A DNA stretch of 62,639 nt from a virus. Lineage: Duplodnaviria; Caudoviricetes. Within the stretch, counting starts at the first letter, position 1. Each line of letters begins with the position of its first letter. A model generated the notes under the pieces. The model did no database searches, was not told the origin of the DNA, and saw nothing but the letters and a program-made list of their open reading frames with translations. Shown piece after piece: positions 43,839 through 50,679 of this stretch. The stretch lies in the IMG/VR virus record IMGVR_UViG_3300006638_000002, positions 1-62,639 of that record; one strand, 5' to 3'. Made by a program: the position numbers and the translations under genes.

Positions 43839-44210
43839 ATGACGACAGCACGAACCGATGGGGTCCGCGAGCTTACGAAAAAGCCGGAAAGCGAAATGAC
43901 GGAGAACGAACATCGCGCCGTCGTTGCCGCGCATTTTTTCATGGCTGAATTGATGGTCAATGAACGCGGGGCAATCGTGCCAGCCGCCGACGACAAAGAC
44001 GGCGTTCGTGCTGTCGATTATCTCGCTTCAATAATGTGCGATTTGCTCGATGACAAATCCACTTCCGCAACTGTAACAAAACTGCGTGATGTGCTGCGCC
44101 AAATTTCTGAAATGAAACGAGAAGATTTGTATTTGGCGGATAGCGAACTGCCAATCGACAATGCTGCCGCGTGGACTGCTAAAAATGCTCTTGCTGAAAC
44201 CAGTCAATAG
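43839..44210 (+). CDS. Array ORF (MTTARTDG...)
   Basis: GGAG SD; stop lies in the 19-bp repeat. Confidence 0.7.
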   Translation: MTTARTDGVRELTKKPESEMTENEHRAVVAAHFFMAELMVNERGAIVPAADDKDGVRAVDYLASIMCDLLDDKSTSATVTKLRDVLRQISEMKREDLYLADSELPIDNAAAWTAKNALAETSQ

Positions 44211-44225
44211 AGCCCAGTCATCGGC

Positions 44226-44330
44226 TCAGTACGGCTTCCCGCGTTCGCCATCATTAAATTCACTTAGGCCGAATGCTGCAATGGCTAGAATTATCGCCAC
44301 GATTCCCAATGCACTGAAAATCAATTGCAT
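44226..44330 (-). CDS. 34-aa membrane peptide
   Basis: AGGAG SD; MQLIFSALGIVAIILAIAAFG. Confidence 0.5.
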   Translation of the reverse strand: MQLIFSALGIVAIILAIAAFGLSEFNDGERGKPY

Positions 44331-44341
44331 GGCTTAATCTC

Positions 44342-44623
44342 CTATGGATTTTCTTTTTTCTTCACGTCGCTAAGTTTCTTATCCTCCGCGGTTTTCTTTT
44401 CTGCTGCCACCTTCTGTTGGTCAGAGATCTGCTTATTGAGATCGGCTATGAATGGATCTGCGTCCTTCTTTGGGAGATTTAGCAACGCCTGTCCTAACAT
44501 TTGGAGTTGTTCTTGAGTAAATTCCAATGTGGTCTTAGGAGCGACTTGCGTATTTTGTGCAAGAGTAATCGACGGCGTGATGGTTAATGCGAGCATGGCG
44601 AAGGCAAAAGCGATTTTCTTCAT
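44342..44623 (-). CDS. Secreted small protein
   Basis: MKKIAFAFAMLALTITPSITLA|Q; L.NLPKK.A.PFI..L..Q motif. Confidence 0.7.
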   Translation of the reverse strand: MKKIAFAFAMLALTITPSITLAQNTQVAPKTTLEFTQEQLQMLGQALLNLPKKDADPFIADLNKQISDQQKVAAEKKTAEDKKLSDVKKKENP

Positions 44624-44631
44624 GTGGTTTC

Positions 44632-45072
44632 CTATTTGGATCGGTTCTGGATCTTGCGGGTGCCTTTTGGCGGCCACCTGTTCGCTGATTTAATCTTCTG
44701 TTTCGGTCGATCTCGGATTGGTGTCTCGATGTGGCGCTGGCGCTTGATTAGAACGCGATCTGGATGCTGGCCGTGTTCGCCCCTTACCAGAGTTTTTATT
44801 CGGTGGTCGACCGCAATCCGGTAAATCAAATAGTCTGGATCGTTGGCGGCTGGCGTGTAATCGACGTGCTCGCCATTCCGATAGACCTTCTTGCGGGCAC
44901 CTAATGGTGGATCGTGATCGAGGTGGACAGGCTCTGCACCGAATAGCATCATCAGAAGCCCTGCCAGCCTAACTGCGTTGTTCGCATTGGGGCTCGCCTT
45001 AAATCCTGCCTGCCGTTCCGCGACTTTGAGGCGCACCTCTAGGGGAATGTACGGCCTCGGTAATCGGCTCAT
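44632..45072 (-). CDS. HNH-like protein
   Basis: HLDHDPPL...ANDP..L.....H..KT. Confidence 0.6.
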   Translation of the reverse strand: MSRLPRPYIPLEVRLKVAERQAGFKASPNANNAVRLAGLLMMLFGAEPVHLDHDPPLGARKKVYRNGEHVDYTPAANDPDYLIYRIAVDHRIKTLVRGEHGQHPDRVLIKRQRHIETPIRDRPKQKIKSANRWPPKGTRKIQNRSK

Positions 45073-45151
45073 CTCGATTGCCACACCAACCATGCGACGG
45101 TCAGGACGTTAAACGAACCAATGACGATGACGATTTCCCAAAGCACTCGAT

Positions 45152-45703
45152 TCATCTTGTGACTCCACTGTGATCTTCGCGCGGCGCTCGCTTGGATGCT
45201 TCCTTCGCAACTGTCGATCGGCTCAGTCCTGGGTTAAGGGCTGCGACAATATCCAGCACGGCATCTTTGGAAGCCTTGAATTCCTCTGCGGACATTGATG
45301 GCCGAGATTGTGATTTCGGATCGAAAACCTTAACCACATCTCCGCTTATTTTTATGACGGCATATTCCGCGTGGGCACGGATGATTTTAGCTAGGTGCGC
45401 AGCCTTTCTAACCGAATCGCAAACATAATCCTTCTCGGTATAGAAACCTGCCTGTACTAATGCCCATGCGCGGAGATGTTCAATCGTCGGGAATCGTTTA
45501 GCGATGTCCTCTGGCAGGTTGTTCCACATTTCATGGAGCGATGCGAAGTAGAAATTGTGCGAGGCCATTGATCGAGCCTCAACTACCTGCAGCGGATAGA
45601 CCTCTCCGATCACGAATTGCCGGTCACATAGCGTGGCAAACCGCTGTTCCGGTTTCATGGTGCCGTCATCGCGCCAAACAAAATTGACCGGCCGCATTTT
45701 CAT
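45152..45703 (-). CDS. NinB/DUF1367-like recombination-associated protein
   Basis: RS..SH..YFA, EHLR...L..AG, SQS...M...EF; next to YqaJ/ERF. Confidence 0.6.
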   Translation of the reverse strand: MKMRPVNFVWRDDGTMKPEQRFATLCDRQFVIGEVYPLQVVEARSMASHNFYFASLHEMWNNLPEDIAKRFPTIEHLRAWALVQAGFYTEKDYVCDSVRKAAHLAKIIRAHAEYAVIKISGDVVKVFDPKSQSRPSMSAEEFKASKDAVLDIVAALNPGLSRSTVAKEASKRAPREDHSGVTR

Positions 45704-46368
45704 TCGGGAGATCCCATACTCCGCAGTCGCTCGACCAGCTTCTTAAGGTCATAACTAAACTGCTCGATCTCGTTAGAGATTTGTTTGATATAGGAATCGT
45801 CGCGCAATACTCGGACAGTGAAGTCGGGCATCCTCGGATAGTAGATTTTGAAATCCCACCACTCGCGCTCGCAGACCCACATATTGCCTTGGACTTGGGC
45901 GCGATGTTCGTTTGGCATTGCCGATCCCTTATCGAACAGTTCGATCATCAGTGCGGGGATCATGGTCTTGATCTCTAGGCCTCCGTCATCGCCTATCAGG
46001 GCATCGGGGCTGGCACCAACTGTGGCGAATTTCATAAGACTAGCGTTCTTTACAAACCCAACTTGGCGAAGGTCCGCGAACTTTGTCCTCGCATAGTGAT
46101 CGCGGGCCTCGGCTTCCATCTCGTTCCCGCGGGTCATAGCGGAACCCTTGAATGTCTCGGCTGGTCGACCAGTGATGATCTCGCCGGCTAACTCTCGCAG
46201 GTAGCGGGTCCGCACCTTGCCTTCGCCGGCAGCCATGATGTCGGCAAAACGCGATGCGGTGGGAATGCCTAGTCGCAAACTTTTCCATTCATCCGTTCCC
46301 TGTTCACAATCGAATATTTCGATGGTCGGCTCCGGAGGGGCAACCTTCTTCTGCGCTGCCTTCGCCAT
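45700..46368 (-). CDS. YqaJ/lambda-exonuclease-like nuclease
   Basis: EQGTDEW...RLG.PTAS, AM.RG..ME..AR, GASPDALI....GLEIK, QVQG.MWV. Confidence 0.9.
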   Translation of the reverse strand: MAKAAQKKVAPPEPTIEIFDCEQGTDEWKSLRLGIPTASRFADIMAAGEGKVRTRYLRELAGEIITGRPAETFKGSAMTRGNEMEAEARDHYARTKFADLRQVGFVKNASLMKFATVGASPDALIGDDGGLEIKTMIPALMIELFDKGSAMPNEHRAQVQGNMWVCEREWWDFKIYYPRMPDFTVRVLRDDSYIKQISNEIEQFSYDLKKLVERLRSMGSPE

Positions 46369-47174
46369 TACTTCGTCTCCGCCTTTTTGGCCTTGTAGCC
46401 ATCGCAAGCTTTGATTGCTTCGTTGAATAGTCGCGCTGGTAGCTGCGCCACCATGTCGATCTGATAATGCTGGCAGAACTTTGGGCGACCAACGCCGCAT
46501 GCCTCGATGGCGTCGATCAGCGATGATTCCTGTTCAGCGGATATTTTCGGATCTGCCTCAGATTTATTGACCGCAATCTTGGCGTCGTCGTCAACCGCAG
46601 CGGCAAGTCCAAGGGCTGCCTTAAGCGTGTATCGCTGTAGGTAAGTCACAGTCGATCCGACCGCCTGGATGCTGTTCTTATTTCCCGTTTCATCGCGTCC
46701 GGCCGAAAGTGTCGTTTCCTCAGAATGGCCGAGACGGTGGGATAGGATACAGGTTACGGCCACGGTCGGACCTTCGATCGATGTTCGGTATCGATAGGAA
46801 AGGCCTTGGTCCGCCAAGATAGGGTCAACCGTGCGCGCGATCTCGGCCATGTCCTCGTGCCGATAATTCGTCCGCCCCTTCGCACTGGTAAAGTCTACGG
46901 TGCGGTTCTTTTTAATCGGCGTAATCTTTGCTTTGGCATTTGCCATCGCCTCGTCGAACGCCTTGCGGGCGTTGTTCTTCTCCCACCGCTCTTGAAGGCC
47001 CATCAGCTTCTCGATGATCTCGACATTCGCTCCCTGCGCAACCGCCTTGTCGAGCATTTGCATCGGCGTCAGTGCGGCTGATGGCGCGAGGGCGAGAGCC
47101 ATTTTCTTCGCTATCGGCTTACCAGACACCTTCTCTGGCGGCATAACTTCGATCTTCTCAACGGTGGCGTTCAT
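46368..47174 (-). CDS. ERF-family single-strand annealing protein
   Basis: IEKLM.LQERW, V.P.L...GLS, QAVGS.VTYLQRY.L.A.LGL....DDDA. Confidence 0.9.
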   Translation of the reverse strand: MNATVEKIEVMPPEKVSGKPIAKKMALALAPSAALTPMQMLDKAVAQGANVEIIEKLMGLQERWEKNNARKAFDEAMANAKAKITPIKKNRTVDFTSAKGRTNYRHEDMAEIARTVDPILADQGLSYRYRTSIEGPTVAVTCILSHRLGHSEETTLSAGRDETGNKNSIQAVGSTVTYLQRYTLKAALGLAAAVDDDAKIAVNKSEADPKISAEQESSLIDAIEACGVGRPKFCQHYQIDMVAQLPARLFNEAIKACDGYKAKKAETK

Positions 47175-47190
47175 AGGATTTTTCCTGTTT

Positions 47191-48051
47191 TTATCTGATT
47201 ACTGTGTCGTCGCGCATCTCAATGATTGCGCCCTGCATTGGGCGCTTATGGGAGGTGGTTTTCGCCCAAGCCTTAAGGGCTTTTAGTGCATCTTCCTCAC
47301 GAATAAATGGCCACAAAACCGCCGGGTCAAGCGCCATCTTATCGGTGATTTCGACATATCCGACTTGGCGCATAGTCACGAGGCGACCATCATCAAATTG
47401 CGAGCGGGTCATATCGGCTGGCTTGCGGAGGGTGTCGATATGGGCCTCCTCGGCCTTGTCGGCAGCTAGACTGGCCTCGACTAGCGCCGCACTGGCGGCC
47501 TGCTCTGCCGCGATTGCCGCAGCGGATTTTGTCTCGATGTGTTCGGCCTTGCGCGCCCGATCGGCAGCTAGGCGACGTTCCTCGGCTTCACGGGCAAGAC
47601 GGGCCTCCTCGGCACGGGCTGCAGCAGCGGCGCGTTCTGCGGCTTCCGATTCGATGCGTCGGCGTTCGCGTTCCTCGGCCAGTTTGCGCTGCTGATAGAC
47701 GTTCACTCGCTTGGTAAGGATTGCCATGCCCTTTTCGAGTCGCGTCTTGATGGTGTTAAAATAACCATCGACGGCTTGGCCTCCGCGCAAGAATGGCTCT
47801 TTCTCCGAAACGCGGGCACCCTCGGCGCGACCGATGGTATCGCGCATGCGGACTACAACATCGGAAAATTCCTTCAGGGTTTTCTCGTCATCGACGCTTT
47901 CGGGAAGGCTTCGCGCTTCCTCGAGAACGCCGCTGGTCGACTTAGCCAACTCGGCATAATCCTCGGCCATACGGTCGGTGATCTGCTGGGCATAATCGGG
48001 GGCTTGATTCGATCCGGCTATTGCGCGCGGGTTTTCTAGCGTTTGATCCAT
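47191..48051 (-). CDS. Coiled-coil hypothetical protein (recombination module)
   Basis: G.N.AP N-terminus, R..EKEPFL..G..VD.YF, Ala/Glu/Arg coil; GGAG SD. Confidence 0.75.
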   Translation of the reverse strand: MDQTLENPRAIAGSNQAPDYAQQITDRMAEDYAELAKSTSGVLEEARSLPESVDDEKTLKEFSDVVVRMRDTIGRAEGARVSEKEPFLRGGQAVDGYFNTIKTRLEKGMAILTKRVNVYQQRKLAEERERRRIESEAAERAAAAARAEEARLAREAEERRLAADRARKAEHIETKSAAAIAAEQAASAALVEASLAADKAEEAHIDTLRKPADMTRSQFDDGRLVTMRQVGYVEITDKMALDPAVLWPFIREEDALKALKAWAKTTSHKRPMQGAIIEMRDDTVIR

Positions 48052-48107
48052 GGTGGTTCTCCGTTGAATGGACGCATGGCTATCATCATCCAAGCCGCAT
48101 TAGATTG

Positions 48108-48165
48108 CAAGCGGGAAAACCCGATTTGCTTCTTTACATACTGTTTTTATTACCGCTATATGTGG
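48108..48165 (+). promoter_or_regulatory. Divergent control region: CGGGAAAACCCG operator-like palindrome and promoter
   Basis: Palindrome 48112-48123; TTTACA 48133-38, N17, CTATAT 48156-61. Confidence 0.55.
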
Positions 48166-48169
48166 GGTC

Positions 48170-48493
48170 ATGAAGATCGAGCCGGTACTACGGGATAATC
48201 TTGCCATCTTGGCGAAGGCCTATTGCGCCCATACCGGGACGACGCTGGGCGTGCTATCCCGCAAGGCCCATAATGACCCTCCCTACTTTGAGCGGCTGAT
48301 GGCCGGGGAGGGTACGGTATCGGCTCGGGCCTACGACAAGCTGATCCCATGGTTTGAATCGAACTGGCCGAAAGGGGTATCAGCCCCCCTGCTTTGGGCT
48401 ATTATCTGCCATCCACCTGCAACCCGCGAAAGGAGCCAAAATGGCACCGCGAAAGAAGTCCGGCCCAAAGCCGGAAAAGCAAGAAGCCGTTAA
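48170..48493 (+). CDS. Cro-like DNA-binding protein
   Basis: First rightward gene; LA.AY..HT......LS.....D...F.RL..G...WF..NWP pattern. Confidence 0.6.
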   Translation: MKIEPVLRDNLAILAKAYCAHTGTTLGVLSRKAHNDPPYFERLMAGEGTVSARAYDKLIPWFESNWPKGVSAPLLWAIICHPPATRERSQNGTAKEVRPKAGKARSR

Positions 48494-48884
48494 ATCGTCG
48501 GACGTTACCGGCATGATTACGGCGAAAGCCTTAGAAAATATACTGAAACTCGACAAAAGGACCAAGAATGCCCAAGCGGAACTTGCTGGGGAACTTGGCG
48601 CTGAGATCGGCAAAGCTGTCGAGAAATACGGCACGAATCGCAAGGCTTTGGGCGTAATTCGGCAATTAAACCGGATGGAACCCGAGAAACTGGCCGATTT
48701 CCTCGACCATTTCGACTATATGCTGGAAGTTTCTGGCATCGAAAAACGGGCAGAATCGGTCCAAAGGCTGCCTATGGAGCCCGAATCGGAGCCGGAAGCC
48801 GAGGAAGAGGCCGAATCGCCTGCGGAACCCGATGCCAAGGTATCCCGGCCTCAATTTGGGGCAAAAGCGGCTGCGGAGGCCTAG
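48441..48884 (+). CDS. GapR/DUF2312-like nucleoid-associated protein
   Basis: AAGGAG SD; helix pattern AEL..E......A..YG.NRKAL..I..L.RM........FD.....GI resembles GapR; acidic tail. Confidence 0.55.
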   Translation: MAPRKKSGPKPEKQEAVKSSDVTGMITAKALENILKLDKRTKNAQAELAGELGAEIGKAVEKYGTNRKALGVIRQLNRMEPEKLADFLDHFDYMLEVSGIEKRAESVQRLPMEPESEPEAEEEAESPAEPDAKVSRPQFGAKAAAEA

Positions 48885-49379
48885 GTGGGGCTCGCGCTCG
48901 ACCTATTCAGCGTTACGGGGGCTGCCTCACAGGCGGCCCCCTATTGCGTGGTAGAACTTTCCGGGGTGCCGGTTCCTAAAGGTAGGCCCCGCTTCCGCTA
49001 CGTGCCTCCTGGGGCCAATGGCAGGGCAGGATTCGTCCACGTCTATACCCCGAAGGCCACCGAGGTTTACGAGACGGCACTAAAATGGAAGGGCAAAGCC
49101 GCCATGCGGGGGCGGGCCCCGCTCGAGGGGCCATTGGCCGTCCGCATCTTCGTCATGCTGCCGGTTCCGAAAAGCTGGCCTATTAAGAAGCGGGACGCGG
49201 CGCTGGTCGGCATGATCTGGCCCGCTGGCCGCCCTGACTGGGACAATTTCGGGAAAGTGCTATGTGATGCCCTAAATGGCACGATTTGGGCCGATGACGG
49301 GCAGATTGTGAAAGCTCTGGTTATCAAGGAATACGCTGAAAACCCTGGGATTATCGCGGAAGTCTACAAACTGGATTGA
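48885..49379 (+). CDS. rusA: RusA-family Holliday junction resolvase
   Basis: G.PVPKGRPRF, YTP..T..YE, RPDWDN.GK...DALNG..WADD.QIV. Confidence 0.9.
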   Translation: MGLALDLFSVTGAASQAAPYCVVELSGVPVPKGRPRFRYVPPGANGRAGFVHVYTPKATEVYETALKWKGKAAMRGRAPLEGPLAVRIFVMLPVPKSWPIKKRDAALVGMIWPAGRPDWDNFGKVLCDALNGTIWADDGQIVKALVIKEYAENPGIIAEVYKLD

Positions 49380-49388
49380 GAACCACCA

Positions 49389-49982
49389 ATGTTCGGCTTG
49401 GAATATGGGCATTACCGCGTGATTTGCGTCGATCCGCCATGGGATTTTAAGTCTAATAGCAAGGCCGAGCCAGGCCGAAATGCCAGGCGCCATTATGCCT
49501 GCATGAGCCAAGCGGAACTGGCCGCTATGCCGGTCGGGGATGTGGCGGCTAACGATTGCGCGCTATTCCTCTGGATCACCGGGCCCATGCTGGCGATCGG
49601 GGCCCACCTGCCATTGATGAAGGCATGGGGCTTCAAGCCATCGGGGATGGGCTTTGTCTGGATCAAGCTTAATCCTCGAGCCGCATCGCTATTCATGCTG
49701 AAGTCGGATCTGGCGATGGGCGGCGGATTCACGACACGCAAGAATGCGGAGTTCGCGATCATCGGCAAACGCGGTCGATCGGTGCGTCGGGACGCTGGCG
49801 TGCATGAGGTCATTATCGAGCCGCGGCGTGAACACTCCCGCAAGCCTGAGCAATTCTATGATCGTGTCGAGCGTTATGCGGATGGCCCGCGCCTCGAGCT
49901 ATTCGCGCGCACGGAGCGCGAAGGTTGGACTACCTGGGGCGATCAAGTCGGCAAATTCCCTAGTGTCCCGTCTGCAGCCTGA
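49389..49982 (+). CDS. MT-A70-family adenine methyltransferase
   Basis: VI.VDPPW, HY..M, LFLW, AWGF, FVWIK, TRKNAE, REHSRKP, RLELFAR. Confidence 0.9.
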   Translation: MFGLEYGHYRVICVDPPWDFKSNSKAEPGRNARRHYACMSQAELAAMPVGDVAANDCALFLWITGPMLAIGAHLPLMKAWGFKPSGMGFVWIKLNPRAASLFMLKSDLAMGGGFTTRKNAEFAIIGKRGRSVRRDAGVHEVIIEPRREHSRKPEQFYDRVERYADGPRLELFARTEREGWTTWGDQVGKFPSVPSAA

Positions 49983-50451
49983 CCACCATTAGTGGTGGAC
50001 TTGCATTTCCTAAGAATCTGGACCTTAATAGAAAGCGCCGGTCAGGGTATCAGCCCTGCCGGCGCGGATCTCGGTGTGTGGGAACACCTAGAACCAGTGA
50101 GGCGGATAATATAACCGCCCAATTGGAATCCGACAAGTCCTTTCCCACAAGCTATCGGTCCCTTGCTCGAGCATAGGACCTCAATGCCAAATTAACCCAT
50201 AAACCCGCCTCGTGCGGGATCGCGGAGGCTCGCCCATATGCCATCTGATCGCCAAAGGAATCGCGCGCGCCTGCGACTTTCTTTCTTCCTTTCTTTTTCT
50301 GAGTTCAAACAACTAGAAACAGAAAGGGAAGGTAAAGAGGTGAGGAGAGTCATTGCCTTCCCGATAGCCCCTTCTTTCTTTGCTGACTCACCACGAATTC
50401 TGAGCCGCGCACGAAGCCAAAACCGTGCCAAACCGAAAAACAAAAGCGTCG

Positions 50452-50679
50452 ATGGTTTTTCCACATAGCGTGGACTGCGCTTGCTGGGATTGCATCGATT
50501 CGCTCGAGCGGGCGATGGTGCAGCAGGTAATGGACGTGCGCCTGAGCATCGATCAGCAGATAGAACTTGTCGTATCGCTAGTGTCGGAGTTCAATGCGGT
50601 TGAATTGCTGCCGGTGCTGCACACTTTGCAGTGGCTTTGCGATAATGAATTGAAAATCAGACAACGGGTAGCCGAATGA
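50452..50679 (+). CDS. Hypothetical protein
   Basis: CACWDC motif; ATGA coupling to helicase. Confidence 0.55.
   Translation: MVFPHSVDCACWDCIDSLERAMVQQVMDVRLSIDQQIELVVSLVSEFNAVELLPVLHTLQWLCDNELKIRQRVAE

Larger units (their letters stand above)
40200..44216 (+). other. Right micro-cassette array: 16 plus-strand ORFs, non-coding units and one inverted block
   Basis: Units joined by AATAG|GCCC(CG) or TGAATRTAG|AGGCC motifs. Confidence 0.8.
43675..44216 (+). repeat. Exact 19-bp direct repeat AACCAGTCAATAGAGCCCA
   Basis: Copies at 43675-43693 and 44198-44216. Confidence 0.95.

Noticed and set aside
43416-43934. 172-aa minus-strand ORF in the track
   Set aside because: Only the last 50 codons (from ATG 43568 with GGAGG) look like a protein; the rest crosses a junction repeat and the structured RNA.
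36004-44216. CRISPR array or classical integron
   Set aside because: Repeats are short and degenerate, spacers are whole genes of variable length, no cas genes; no tyrosine integrase or attC-type GTTRRRY/RYYYAAC hairpins.
50238-50468. 76-aa ORF as replication initiator
   Set aside because: Low-complexity translation of purine/pyrimidine tracts; no HTH or recognisable motif.
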